Below are positions 1 through 10,063 of a stretch of 58,012 nucleotides of DNA, piece by piece. The notes beneath the pieces are model-generated. The model made no database searches and had not been told where the DNA came from. It worked only from the letters and a program-made list of their open reading frames with translations. A program made the translations under genes and the position numbers. The DNA is taken from contig JAHEJM010000013.1 in NCBI GenBank assembly GCA_024638815.1, forward strand, positions 1 through 58,012, given 5' to 3'. This DNA comes from Acidimicrobiales bacterium (GTDB lineage: Bacteria > Actinomycetota > Acidimicrobiia > Acidimicrobiales > SZUA-35). The number at the start of each line of letters is the position of its first letter. Within the stretch, counting starts at the first letter, position 1.

Positions 1-2
1 GC

Positions 3-428
3 GACGCTGCGGAGGACATCGTCCAGGAGGCCTTCATTCGCATGTCGAGATCGCTGAATCGGATCCAGGACCCGGCCCGGGCGGGCGCGTACTTGCGGTC
101 GATCGTGTTGAATCTCGCCCGAGACCACAACCGTCGCGGTCTGCTGTCACTTCGTCACCGGATGCCGGCCAATGATCTCGACCCTGCCGGCGTCGACGAG
201 ACCATCGCCACCAACGACGAGCACCGTCGTCTCATCGAGGAGGTACGGGCGCTGCCGAGACGCCAGCGCGACTGTGTTGCGCTTCGCTATCTGATGGAGC
301 TTTCGGTGGCCGAGATTGCGACCACGCTCGAGGTCTCGGAGAACTCGGTCAAGACGCACCTCAAACGAGGCCTGGCCCGACTGCGCACCAAGACGGGCCT
401 CAACGACGACGCGGAGGGGTTCTCATGA
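3..428 (+). CDS. ECF (SigE-like) RNA polymerase sigma factor, 5' end outside window
   Basis: Frame open from base 3: DAAEDIVQEAF (region 2.2), YLRSIVLN, LPRRQRDCVALRY...SVAEIA...SVKTHLKRG (region 4 HTH). Confidence 0.92.
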   Translation, partial: DAAEDIVQEAFIRMSRSLNRIQDPARAGAYLRSIVLNLARDHNRRGLLSLRHRMPANDLDPAGVDETIATNDEHRRLIEEVRALPRRQRDCVALRYLMELSVAEIATTLEVSENSVKTHLKRGLARLRTKTGLNDDAEGFS

Positions 429-1072
429 GCAGGCTCGAGACCCTGCTTTCCGAGGCGCTGGCCGACGCCGGCACCCATGTCAATCCCTCACCGGATCTTT
501 TCGCGCGGGTGCAGGCCGGCATCGCCGCCGACCGCCACCGCCGCCGAACCCGTCGCCGGATCGCCGCCACTGTGGCGTCGCTCACCACATTCGCCGCCAC
601 TGGTGCCGTGGCGTTCATCTATCGACAAGGAGAACCGCAAATGGACTGGTGGATCCTCGAGATCATCGCCGCTGCCGCCCTGATCACCATCGCCTTGGTG
701 CTGGGGCCCTTCATCAAACGTTTCGGCCGCAGTTACGCCGCCGATGTTTTCCGATCGAACCCGTCTACGGGCAAGAGTTTCATCGTTCTGACCGACTTCG
801 CCTACTACCTCATCTTCGTGGCATACATCGCCTTCACCACTATCATCGACCGGCCCCGCAACTGGCCTGTGACGGTGGGTGCCGAGCAGGTGCAACACAA
901 CATCGTCCGCCTGGGCGGCATCTTGTTGATAATCGGTGTGCTGCACGGCATCAACTTGCTGGTGCTCCCGATCATCGGCCGGCTCCTCACCTTGAACCGG
1001 CGCTTGGACCAGCAGATGCGCGAGCTCGGCGAACGTGACCTGTCCGACCGCGACCTCACTCAACCCGACTGA
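425..1072 (+). CDS. Membrane protein, probable anti-sigma-like partner of the ECF sigma factor
   Basis: ATGA overlap with the sigma stop; short helical N-terminus plus Arg-rich stretch before the first TM, then ~3 further TM segments. Confidence 0.7.
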   Translation: MSRLETLLSEALADAGTHVNPSPDLFARVQAGIAADRHRRRTRRRIAATVASLTTFAATGAVAFIYRQGEPQMDWWILEIIAAAALITIALVLGPFIKRFGRSYAADVFRSNPSTGKSFIVLTDFAYYLIFVAYIAFTTIIDRPRNWPVTVGAEQVQHNIVRLGGILLIIGVLHGINLLVLPIIGRLLTLNRRLDQQMRELGERDLSDRDLTQPD

Positions 1073-1429
1073 TGGCCGCCACCGACGCTCGGCTAACCAC
1101 CAGCGGGCGGCCGGGCGCACGCGGGGTGCGGTGGACTGTCGGCTTGGTGGCCGCCGTGATCGTCATCAGTCTCGTCATCGGCAATCTCCGCAGCCGCCAT
1201 CGGCGGTTCGCTGACCAGCCTCGGCGACGGCGCCGGGGGCCTGTGGGGCATCCCGTCCCTGTGGACGACCTTGATCGCCCTCTTCGTCGCTGTCCCGACC
1301 GCCGTGGTCATGGCGTCGACGAGTTCCTGCCGGCCGAAGAAGAACCGGGCATCCGGTTCCTTGAACGCTGCGAGACCCCGATACGGGTTCGGTGATTGCG
1401 CCGCATCCGTTCGAGAAGACCGAGGCTAG
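1072..1429 (+). pseudogene. Probable frameshifted/truncated small membrane protein
   Basis: Hydrophobic WTVGLVAAVIVISLVI continues in another frame after ~1180 as AISAAAIGGSLTSLGDGAGGLWGIPSLWTTLIALFVAVPTAVVMA, then loses protein-like character. Confidence 0.4.
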
Positions 1430-2336
1430 CAGGGTGCGGAAACTCGCCGGTGAGGGTTTCCGGAGCGAGGTGCGAGCCAATCAAGGACGCAGATTTCGCC
1501 ACTTCTTATGAGGCGCTCCGCCGCAAGCGGCTACGGAATCGAGGACGCAGATGTGGCAGTGTCGGCGCAGCCGACCGGCAGATCGGTACGGAAACCCCGG
1601 CATGTGATCTCCGCAAGATCCTGAAGACCTCTTCATCGCTGGGTGCTGTCCTGGCACCGAATCTCGGGCCTGGCTGTCCGTGGCCATGTCAAAGTCGTCG
1701 TTGGTGGCCAGGCAGAGTCCTTGCGGTGGTGACGAGTAGATCCAGGCTGGGCAAGCCCGCAATACGTCCACGGCAAGCTGCAGATCTCACCGCGCTGCAC
1801 CAGCAGGAAGAGGATGGGACGTGCACGAATCGTGCACAGGAATCAGCCCGGGTTCGGCTCCCGCCCCGGGCACATATCAGATTCGGTTGGCTGCAACTGT
1901 CGCGGCGATCCCTGCGGCTGTTCCGGCCGCTCCGAGTGCCGCCTTTCGGAGGTTCGCTGGCCGAGCCCGACGCTTCGCTTCACGCTCCTCGTCGAGGATC
2001 TCAAGCTTCGCAAGTACCTCCTCGACGAAGGCGGCTGCACCTCCGACGGGGCGCTTTGATACACGAACATGAACCCACTACAACTTCTGCGGTCCGAGAT
2101 GGGTCCGTTGCACCGGAATGACGATGTCGGCGCCGGACGAAGCCGCCGCTGCAAGTCCCCTTCGTCGGAGATCCGTCGCCGCGCCACCGCTGCCCGACCG
2201 GGCCACAACCGGGCAGGCCGGTGACCATTGGATCACTACACTCGGGCGGTGATGGTAGTGCGACTGCGCCAGGGGATACGGCAGCGACGTGTGCCTCCTC
2301 GACCGCATGGTGGTCGAGGATGAGTGACGTCGTCTC

Positions 2337-3143
2337 GTGAGTGACGGCGCGGAGTCCCGGGTCCGGCCGGTAACCGTCATCGGCGCGCTGCTGTGGCTCG
2401 TCGTCGCCTGCGGCGGTGGTTCCGCCACCACCGAATCGACGTCCGGGGCCGAGACCGGTAACGGTGTCGGCGGTACCGTATTGGTGTTCGCCGCCGCGTC
2501 ACTGACCGATGTCATGGCCGACTTCGAAGCGGGTTTCGAGGCCGCCCATCCCGGCGTCGATGTCGAGATCAACGTGGCCGGAAGCTCGTCGCTGGGGGAA
2601 CAGATCCTTGAAGGGGCCCCGGCCGACGTGTTCGCCTCGGCCAACGAGACCACCATGGATCGCCTCGTGGCCGAGGGTGCGGTGGTCGATCCCCCTCGCG
2701 CCTTTGCCGCCAATCAACTCCAAATCGCCGTTCCCTTCGACAATCCGGGCGGCATCACCGGTTTGGCCGACTTCGCCGACGACTCGTTGCTGCTCGGGTT
2801 GTGCATCGAAACGGTGCCCTGTGGTGACTTTGCCCGCCAGGCCCTGGCCAAGGCCGGGATCGAGCCGTCGATCGATACCGAGGAGCCCGACGTCCGGGCG
2901 CTGTCGGCCAAGGTCGCCAGCGGTGAACTGGACGGTGGTGTTGTCTACGAGACCGACATCCTGGCCGCGTCCGATACCGTCGCCGGGGTGGTCATCCAGC
3001 CCGAGTACAACGTGGACGCCGTCTATCCCATTGCGGTTCTGGTCGACGCCCCCAACCGGACCGGCGCCAGGGAGTTCGTGGCCTTTGTGCTGTCTGAGGG
3101 CGGGCGGGACATCCTCGATCGGTACGGATTCAGGGAACCATGA
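2337..3143 (+). CDS. modA: Molybdate ABC transporter substrate-binding lipoprotein
   Basis: Lipobox VVAC, VFAAASL, AGSSSL..QI..GAPADVFASA, VPCG, VY.TD. Confidence 0.93.
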   Translation: MSDGAESRVRPVTVIGALLWLVVACGGGSATTESTSGAETGNGVGGTVLVFAAASLTDVMADFEAGFEAAHPGVDVEINVAGSSSLGEQILEGAPADVFASANETTMDRLVAEGAVVDPPRAFAANQLQIAVPFDNPGGITGLADFADDSLLLGLCIETVPCGDFARQALAKAGIEPSIDTEEPDVRALSAKVASGELDGGVVYETDILAASDTVAGVVIQPEYNVDAVYPIAVLVDAPNRTGAREFVAFVLSEGGRDILDRYGFREP

Positions 3144-3988
3144 TCGATCTGGTGTCGGATCGCCGAGATCCCGGGAGCGGGTCGCACCGGACCGCTCGCC
3201 GGATTCATCGCCGTCCCCCATGGCCCCTCACCGTGTTGGCCGGGCTCGGCGTGGCCGTCTTCGTCGTACCGCTCATCGGGTTGGCCGGCCGGGCCCCGTG
3301 GACCGATCTGGCCCGGCTGGTTTCCTCCGAGACGGTGGTCGATGCCCTGTGGCTGTCGCTCGTGACCTCGCTGCTGTCCACGGTGCTGGCCCTCGTGCTC
3401 GGTGTGCCGCTGGCCTGGTTGCTGGCCCGGGTCGAGTTTCCCGGGAGGGCCTTGGCCCGGGCCGTGGTCACCCTGCCCATGGTGCTTCCGCCCGTGGTCG
3501 GCGGGGCGGCGCTGCTGTTCGCTCTCGGGCGTCGTGGTTTGATCGGGGGCCCGCTCTACGATGCCACCGGATTCCTCCTGCCCTTTTCGATCTGGGGGGT
3601 GGTGGTGGCCAACACCTTTGTGGCCATGCCATTCCTCGTCATCACCGTCGGTGGGGCGTTGGCCGGACTCGACCCCGGATTCGAGCGCGCCGCGTCATCA
3701 CTCGGCGCATCGCCGGTCACCGTGTTCCGACGGGTCACCCTCCCCATGATCGGCCCGGCCGTGCGGGCCGGGGCGGTATTGGCCTGGGCTCGGGCCCTCG
3801 GCGAATTCGGGGCCACGGTGACGTTCGCCGGCAACCTCCAGGGCCGGACCCAGACCCTGCCTTTGGCCGTGTTCGTGGCCCGGGAATCGGATCGTGACAC
3901 GGCGGTGGCCATCAGTCTGGTGCTGGTTGCGGTCTCGATGGTGGTGCTGGTGGCCATGCGGGATCGATGGTGGGTGCGGAGTCTATGA
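3140..3988 (+). CDS. modB: Molybdate ABC transporter permease
   Basis: LPMVLPPVVGG, EAA-like loop ERAASSLGAS, WARALGEFGAT..FAGN..G.TQTLPLA. Confidence 0.93.
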   Translation: MIDLVSDRRDPGSGSHRTARRIHRRPPWPLTVLAGLGVAVFVVPLIGLAGRAPWTDLARLVSSETVVDALWLSLVTSLLSTVLALVLGVPLAWLLARVEFPGRALARAVVTLPMVLPPVVGGAALLFALGRRGLIGGPLYDATGFLLPFSIWGVVVANTFVAMPFLVITVGGALAGLDPGFERAASSLGASPVTVFRRVTLPMIGPAVRAGAVLAWARALGEFGATVTFAGNLQGRTQTLPLAVFVARESDRDTAVAISLVLVAVSMVVLVAMRDRWWVRSL

Positions 3989-4794
3989 CCGGTCTCTATC
4001 GCCCCGATCCCGAGCGACCCGACACCTTCATCCCGTCACCGGTGACGATGGGACCGTGGCGACCTGACGCCCAGCATGGCGGTCCGCCCTCGGCACTGCT
4101 CACCTACCTGTGCGAGCAGCTCATCCAGGATGGTGAACACCTTGCCCGCATCACGGTGGACCTCCTGACCGGCATCCCGCTTGAACCCCTGACCACCGAG
4201 GCGACTCGGACCGGGGTCAGCCGGCGGGTCGCCCACATCTCCGCCACGCTCCATAACCGTGGTCGACCGGTGGCCCGGGCCAAGGCCGTCGTCCTGGCCG
4301 AGGCCGACGTGCCGCCGCCGGACTGGCGCCCGGAGCCGGTCGATCTACCGGTCCCCGAGACCCTGGCCGAGACGGTGGCACCGTTGTGGGCGGTCCCCGA
4401 GGGCTCTCGACCATTCCACCGATTCGGAATCGAGCACCGTTTCGTGTCCGGGGCGTTCGCCGAGCCGGGACCGGCTGTCGACTGGGTTCGACTCCGTCAG
4501 CCGGTCGTCGACGGCACCCCACCGAGCGGCTACCAACAGTTGGTCGGGGTCACCGATATCGGATCCGGGATCTCCGCCGTCTACGACCCGGCCGACGGTG
4601 TGGGTCTGATCAACGCCGATCTTGACGTCGCCTTCGTCGATCGTCCTCGGGGCCCGTGGTTCGCGCTGTTGGCCACCACCGAGATCGGTCGCACCGGGAC
4701 GGGAACGGCCATTACCCGAATCGCCGACATCGAGGGCCGGGTGGTGGCGGTGGCGACCCAGTCGCTGTTGGGATCGAGCATCGATCTCGGCTGA
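3985..4794 (+). CDS. Acyl-CoA thioesterase-like (double hot-dog) protein
   Basis: GPW...QHGGPPSALL, INADL.V motifs; ATGA overlap with modB stop. Confidence 0.85.
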   Translation: MTGLYRPDPERPDTFIPSPVTMGPWRPDAQHGGPPSALLTYLCEQLIQDGEHLARITVDLLTGIPLEPLTTEATRTGVSRRVAHISATLHNRGRPVARAKAVVLAEADVPPPDWRPEPVDLPVPETLAETVAPLWAVPEGSRPFHRFGIEHRFVSGAFAEPGPAVDWVRLRQPVVDGTPPSGYQQLVGVTDIGSGISAVYDPADGVGLINADLDVAFVDRPRGPWFALLATTEIGRTGTGTAITRIADIEGRVVAVATQSLLGSSIDLG

Positions 4795-4835
4795 GTCCGG
4801 ACGAACGTCGGCGGGCGACCGTGGCGGAATCGAGG

Positions 4836-5318
4836 TCAGAGCAGCCGGATGGTGAACGGGTAGCGGAAGGGGCGGTGGCCCGCCGCCATGAGGGCGGCGA
4901 ACAAGGGCATGAGGAACTGCAGCACGAACAACGCGGCGAGGAAGAGGAAACCGATCAGGACGAACATCAGAAGGAACGAGACAAAGGCGGCGATGTAGAG
5001 CGTCACCTGGAAATTGATGGCTTCCCGGCCGTGGGCGTCCACGAAGTCGGACTGATCCCGTTTGAGCAGCCAGATGATCAGCGGGCCGAAAACTCCGGTG
5101 ACCAACGACAGGACATGGATGAGCATGGCAATGGTGGTCTCGTCGCTGGACGACATCCGTGCCGTCGCGGTCGATGCCGAACCGGGCAGGACCGGGTTGG
5201 CCCAGGACCGCCCCGTCCAATACCGCTGACTGCCGGTACCGTCGTCGTACCAGCCCGGTGGCGGGATGCCGTCCTCGAAGGACTGCTGGCCGCCGTCGGT
5301 CGTCATGCATCCAGTCAA
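4836..5318 (-). CDS. DUF2510 + DUF4870 (Tic20-like) membrane protein
   Basis: PPGWYDDG...RYWTG.SW N-terminal module; GPLIIWL.K...FVD.HG.EA.NFQ...YP C-terminal module. Confidence 0.8.
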   Translation of the reverse strand: MTGCMTTDGGQQSFEDGIPPPGWYDDGTGSQRYWTGRSWANPVLPGSASTATARMSSSDETTIAMLIHVLSLVTGVFGPLIIWLLKRDQSDFVDAHGREAINFQVTLYIAAFVSFLLMFVLIGFLFLAALFVLQFLMPLFAALMAAGHRPFRYPFTIRLL

Positions 5319-5413
5319 CCACGTCGTCGACGGTCAGGGTAGGCGGCTCAACGAACCGGGATAGGGGAGTTGTCGCCGCTCACGGTGCATCGGGGTCGTC
5401 CGATGGGGTACAC

Positions 5414-5686
5414 GTGAACCGGCATCAGAAACGTCCGAATCATGAACCCGGCGGCCGGCACGAACCAGACAGCCGGGGCGAGCCGGACACGACGGCGGCG
5501 GCTGAAGCGATCGATCCGACCGTGCCGCTCGGGTTGTGGCGACGAATGAGGATCCGGTGGCGGCATCGGGCGGAGTGGAACCCCGACGTGTGGGCTGTGC
5601 GGGTCCGGTTCGACGAGCTGGTGACAGCCAATCAATGGGACCTTGCAGCCAACATTGACGAGCTCAACGAGCGCTACCGGTACTAG
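5414..5686 (+). CDS. Small hypothetical protein
   Basis: Fills the gap between genes; C-terminal half looks protein-like; start uncertain. Confidence 0.35.
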   Translation: MNRHQKRPNHEPGGRHEPDSRGEPDTTAAAEAIDPTVPLGLWRRMRIRWRHRAEWNPDVWAVRVRFDELVTANQWDLAANIDELNERYRY

Positions 5687-5727
5687 TCACCGGCCAGGGC
5701 TTCGATCCTACGTCGCCGACGACCTGA

Positions 5728-6552
5728 TCACAGTCCCAGTCGTTTTCGAAGCTCCTGGGCCTGCCGTCGGGACACCGGAATCCGAGTAGTGGCCTGATCG
5801 TCCATGACCAGCACCAGGGCTCCTTTGAAGTCGGGGCGCAGTTCCACCAGCCGGTTGAGGTTGGCCAGATAGGAGCGGTGAACCCGAAAGAAGCTGGAGG
5901 ACAGCCGCTGTTCCAACTCGGTCAGTGAGTAGTTGACCAGAACCCTCTCGGTGTTGAGGTAGATGTAGCTGTAGCCGTGGGCGGCGGATGCGGCCACGAT
6001 GTCGTCTTCGTGGACGAACACCGTGCGGTCGCCGCGCTGGATAGGCAATCGCGCCGTCTGCCGGTTGGCGGGATCCTCGCCACGAACGGTGGCGGGTGGT
6101 TCCGATGTGGTCGGCGCCGCCGCGGTCGGCGGTCGGTCCAGACGCCTCCGAACCCGGTCGATGGACTCGGCCAGGCGCTCCGGGCTCAGCGGCTTGAGCA
6201 GGTAGTCGACGGCCGACAGACCGAAGGCGTCGACGGCGTGATCGGGATACGCAGTGGTGAAGACAACCTGGGGCGAGTCGGGCATGTCCTGCAGAATGGC
6301 GGCCAACTCCAGGCCACTCAGACCGGGCATTCGGATGTCGAGGAAGACGATGTCGTAGCCGACGTTCTCCAACAACAGCAATGCCTCCTCCGCCGTTGCC
6401 GCCGAGCCGACGACCTGGACTCCGCCGTGCTCGTCGAGCAGATAGCGAAGCTCATCCCTGGCCGGCGATTCGTCGTCGACGATCAGGCATCGCAGCTCCC
6501 GGTCCGGTGGCGCCCCGCCGGTCACGGTCGTACCGTCCGCTCCGGCGCTCAA
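5728..6552 (-). CDS. LytTR-family DNA-binding response regulator
   Basis: Receiver IVDDE...FLDIRMP...FTTAY...DYLLKP; LytTR FFRVHRSYLAN...IPVSRR. Confidence 0.95.
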   Translation of the reverse strand: MSAGADGTTVTGGAPPDRELRCLIVDDESPARDELRYLLDEHGGVQVVGSAATAEEALLLLENVGYDIVFLDIRMPGLSGLELAAILQDMPDSPQVVFTTAYPDHAVDAFGLSAVDYLLKPLSPERLAESIDRVRRRLDRPPTAAAPTTSEPPATVRGEDPANRQTARLPIQRGDRTVFVHEDDIVAASAAHGYSYIYLNTERVLVNYSLTELEQRLSSSFFRVHRSYLANLNRLVELRPDFKGALVLVMDDQATTRIPVSRRQAQELRKRLGL

Positions 6553-7784
6553 AGCGGTAGCTCCAGCGTGATTCGGGTTCCCTTGCCGGGGCTGGAACGG
6601 ATGTCGAACTGGTAGCGGTTGCCGTAGAGGCGCTCGAGGCGCTCATGGATGTTCCGCAGTCCCACGCCGTGACCCTCGGGTGAGTCGTAGGTTCCGGTGG
6701 CCACCTCGGTCAGAAGCTCGCTGTCCATTCCCACCCCATCGTCTCGTACTCCGATCCGAATTGACCCGGCAAGGGGATCCACACGGGCCCGCAAGCCGAG
6801 GGTGCCCCCGCCCGGCTTCGGCGCGATCCCGTGTTTCACCGCGTTCTCGACAAGTGGTTGGATGATGAGCACGGGAACGCTGGTGGCCAGAACTTGAGGA
6901 TCGATATCGTAGTGGATGTTCAGCCGGTCGTCGAAGCGTGCCTGTTCCAGACTCAGGTAGGTCCGGACGAAGAAGTACTCATGGGCGAACTCGGCGAAGT
7001 GCCCCTCCTGCTGGGTGGCATAGCGGAAGAAGTCGGCAAGGCGCTGCAGCAGCTGACGGGCTTCGTCGGGATCGGTTCTGCTCTTGGAGGCGATCGTGTT
7101 CAAGGTGTTGAACAGAAAGTGGGGGTTGATCTGAGCCCGTAGGGCATCGAGCCTGGCATCGGCCGCCAGCTGCGCCTTCTCGGTCAGCTCGGCGATCTCG
7201 ATGTGGAGGGATATCAGGTTGGCCACGGCGTCGATCCGTTCCACCGGTGGGGTGTCGTCGGCCTCGAAGCGGGCGGTGATCGATCCGATGATTCGCTCAT
7301 CGAGCCGAAGAGGTATGGCCAAGACCAACTCGTCATCACTGAGGCCGCGAACCGAGTGCCCGACTTTCATCGCCGTGCGACCGGGCTCACTCATCTCACC
7401 ATCGGTACCCACACCGGCGGTTCCCAGGACCCGGCCGGTGTCGGTGATCTCCACCGCTTTGCCCCCGGTGAGCGGCAGCAACTGCTTGGCCAGTCGGGCT
7501 GCGGTGTCCTCGGTGAGACCCTCCCGGAAGGCGGGTAGGGTGCGGTTGACCAGGGCCAGGGGGTCACCGGGGGAGGAGTCGAGCGTGGCCGCCGACAGCC
7601 CGCCACGGCGACGGGGAACCCGTATCAGCGAGGGGTAGCTCCCGAGAAGGGCGACGGTCAGGGCGACGCCCGTCAGCACGGTGGGTGCCGTCTGCAGCGG
7701 TGTCGACGGTACCGTCTGGGTTCCCAGCCAGACCAGGAGCCAGATCACCACCACGCCGCCGATCAGGGGAGCCGTGCTCTTCAC
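6549..7784 (-). CDS. LytS/YehU-type sensor histidine kinase
   Basis: LRAQINPHFLFNTLN H-box, QPLVENAVKHG, DDGVG, GVGLRNI; two N-terminal TMs; GTG start at 7784 chosen after the upstream stop. Confidence 0.92.
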   Translation of the reverse strand: MKSTAPLIGGVVVIWLLVWLGTQTVPSTPLQTAPTVLTGVALTVALLGSYPSLIRVPRRRGGLSAATLDSSPGDPLALVNRTLPAFREGLTEDTAARLAKQLLPLTGGKAVEITDTGRVLGTAGVGTDGEMSEPGRTAMKVGHSVRGLSDDELVLAIPLRLDERIIGSITARFEADDTPPVERIDAVANLISLHIEIAELTEKAQLAADARLDALRAQINPHFLFNTLNTIASKSRTDPDEARQLLQRLADFFRYATQQEGHFAEFAHEYFFVRTYLSLEQARFDDRLNIHYDIDPQVLATSVPVLIIQPLVENAVKHGIAPKPGGGTLGLRARVDPLAGSIRIGVRDDGVGMDSELLTEVATGTYDSPEGHGVGLRNIHERLERLYGNRYQFDIRSSPGKGTRITLELPL

Positions 7785-7800
7785 TGCCTTGGGACCACCG

Positions 7801-9498
7801 TCACGATCGTCGGACCCACCACGACGTCGAGGCCGGTCGCCATTCCGCTCCTGACTCGACCGTGACCCGGGCCAAACGTTCGGCGTTGCGATCACCGGCC
7901 GATCCGTGCATGGCCATCCACTTGGTGGCCAGATCGGGGACCGGTCGGGTGGCCAGCGACACCGCCATCATCAGCGTCACCACCCCCGGGCCGAGAATGA
8001 CGGTGGGCGTCTGAAACAGGGTCGATACACCGTCCCCCAGAAGGCCGACGGTGACCGCCAGAAGTCCGGCGATGGCGCCGACCACCATCCCCACGGCCAC
8101 ACCGGCGGCCGTTATCCTCCGGGACCAGATGGCCAGGAGAAGGGCCGGGGTCAGTGTGCACCCGGCTACAGCGAAGGCGGTGGTGACGAGGCTGGCCACC
8201 ACCGAGGGGACCGAACCGGTGAATCGTGCCGGATTCAGCACCATGGCCGAGATGGCGGCCAGCACCGTCATGACCACCACCGCCAGCTGGCCGGCCCGAA
8301 GGGCCTCGACCCGATTTGCCTGCGGGTTGACGTAGCGCTCGTAGAGGTCGTGGCCCCACGACACCGACGATGCCAGCAACAGCCCGCCGATCGTCGACAT
8401 GATGGCCAGCAGCGCTCCGGTGGTGACGGTCGACAGTCCGACTTCGCCCCCGTAGACCCGACCCAGGGCCAGCAGGGCATGTTCCGGAGTCTTCAGCACA
8501 CCCTGGACCGTCATCGACTCGAGCCAGGCTTCGTCCCGGGTCTGCAACACCGACCGGGCCGCGGTTCCGACCATGACCGCGGCGGCGTAGAACACGCCGA
8601 TCAGAGCGATGACCCAGACCGTCGTCATGCGGGCGGCCCGCCCGGTGGGCGAGGTGAAGAACCGGTTCATGACATGGGGCAATCCGGCCGTGCCGAAGAC
8701 CAGGGTCACCATGAGGGCGAACTGGCCGATGCCGTTGTAGCGTGCTCCCGGCTCGGCGAACCGGGCGGGAAGACCGGTGATTCGATTATCGGTGGCGGTC
8801 AGGGTGCTGTTCGGCTCGAGCCCGTCGGGGTTGAGCATGGGTTGGGCGTTCAATTCGGCCACGGCCGAACCGTAGGAGAAGCCGTCGGCCACCAGAGCGA
8901 GCGAAATCCAGACCAGGATGCCGAGCAGCACGATGAACTGGAGCGCCTGATTCCAGGTGGTCCCCCGCATACCGCCGATGACGACCAGAAACCCGGTCAG
9001 CACGGTCGAGGCCACGATGCCGGTGGAGTAAGGGGTCAAGCCCGGTAGGGCGATGTCGGTGAACAACTCCCAGGTCAGACCACCGCCGACGGCCTGAGGG
9101 ACAAGGTAGGCGAGAATGATGATCTGGGTCACGACAACGGCGATGATGCGGACGGTCTCCGATTCGAAGCGACGGCCGAGAAAGTCGGGGATAGAACGGT
9201 CGCCGAAACGGCGAAGCGGGGCAGCGATGAACAGCAGCACCGGCAGAAACCCGGCGGCGAATCCGGTGGCGTACCACGCCCCGTCCAGACCGACGGCGTA
9301 GACCGCGGCCGCTACCCCGAGAAAGGAGGCGGCCGACACGTAGTCACCGCAGATGGCGCAGGCGTTGGTGATCACACCGACGCGCCGACCGGCCAGCTGG
9401 AAATCGACTGCTGTCCTCGTACTTCGCAATCGAGCCAGGACGCTGACCGCCAAGGCAACCAGGACGGCGACGAGCAGGATGGTGAATCGGCTGGTCAC
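7801..9498 (-). CDS. Sodium:solute symporter (ActP-like SSS family)
   Basis: GDYVSAASFLG, AAPLRRFG, GGMRGTTW.Q, FGTAGLPHV..RFFT; GTG start overlaps the upstream stop (GTGA). Confidence 0.9.
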   Translation of the reverse strand: MTSRFTILLVAVLVALAVSVLARLRSTRTAVDFQLAGRRVGVITNACAICGDYVSAASFLGVAAAVYAVGLDGAWYATGFAAGFLPVLLFIAAPLRRFGDRSIPDFLGRRFESETVRIIAVVVTQIIILAYLVPQAVGGGLTWELFTDIALPGLTPYSTGIVASTVLTGFLVVIGGMRGTTWNQALQFIVLLGILVWISLALVADGFSYGSAVAELNAQPMLNPDGLEPNSTLTATDNRITGLPARFAEPGARYNGIGQFALMVTLVFGTAGLPHVMNRFFTSPTGRAARMTTVWVIALIGVFYAAAVMVGTAARSVLQTRDEAWLESMTVQGVLKTPEHALLALGRVYGGEVGLSTVTTGALLAIMSTIGGLLLASSVSWGHDLYERYVNPQANRVEALRAGQLAVVVMTVLAAISAMVLNPARFTGSVPSVVASLVTTAFAVAGCTLTPALLLAIWSRRITAAGVAVGMVVGAIAGLLAVTVGLLGDGVSTLFQTPTVILGPGVVTLMMAVSLATRPVPDLATKWMAMHGSAGDRNAERLARVTVESGAEWRPASTSWWVRRS

Positions 9499-9959
9499 GA
9501 CCGTGGAGGCTCGGAGGGCAGGGAGCCGGCCCCCATCATCCGATCTTCGATCGAATTGGCCAGCGAGGCGGCGGCCACGGCCACGATGACGAAGAAGAAG
9601 TACAGGCCGATGGCGGCCAGGACGAATCCGGGACTGAAGCCGCCGAAGACCCGGCTGGTGGCGGCCCAATCCAGGGTCACGATGGCCACGCTCACACCGA
9701 GGGTGACGAACATGAAGGTGACGAAGTGGGCCACGGCGATTCGGCGCTGTAGCCGGAACACCGCGTCGACCTCGGCCGGGGTGTCGGCATCGCTGAACGA
9801 GGCGTAGCCGTCGGCCGACGAATCGAACCGCGGATCGAGAGCCGGCTCCGAAGTGGCGAGGTGGGCGGCCGTCGGCCGACGGTGCCGCGCCGACGGAATC
9901 GACTGCGGCGGCGACCCGTCGGCCAACCGGATGTGGTTCGTCCTTTGACCCCCGGACAT
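9495..9959 (-). CDS. DUF485-like small membrane partner of the SSS transporter
   Basis: Two TM segments after RLQRR, immediately upstream of and coupled to the SSS gene. Confidence 0.7.
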   Translation of the reverse strand: MSGGQRTNHIRLADGSPPQSIPSARHRRPTAAHLATSEPALDPRFDSSADGYASFSDADTPAEVDAVFRLQRRIAVAHFVTFMFVTLGVSVAIVTLDWAATSRVFGGFSPGFVLAAIGLYFFFVIVAVAAASLANSIEDRMMGAGSLPSEPPRS

Positions 9960-10063
9960 GTCATCGATGGTAGTGCATGGCTTTCCGGCCCACCTCATGG
10001 CCAACCTCGTGGTCCAGGGGCCCCGTCGCGGCGCCGGTGTGCGATATCGGTGGTGTGTCGGGG

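Noticed and set aside
1814-2059. 81-aa Cys-rich ORF ending in TGA as a RiPP precursor or selenoprotein
   Set aside because: No maturation genes nearby, readthrough sequence is not protein-like, and it lies in a degenerate region.
7801-7967. Programmed frameshift fusing SSS and kinase
   Set aside because: No slippery sequence; open overlap of this length is common at high GC; a plausible separate GTG start exists at 7784.
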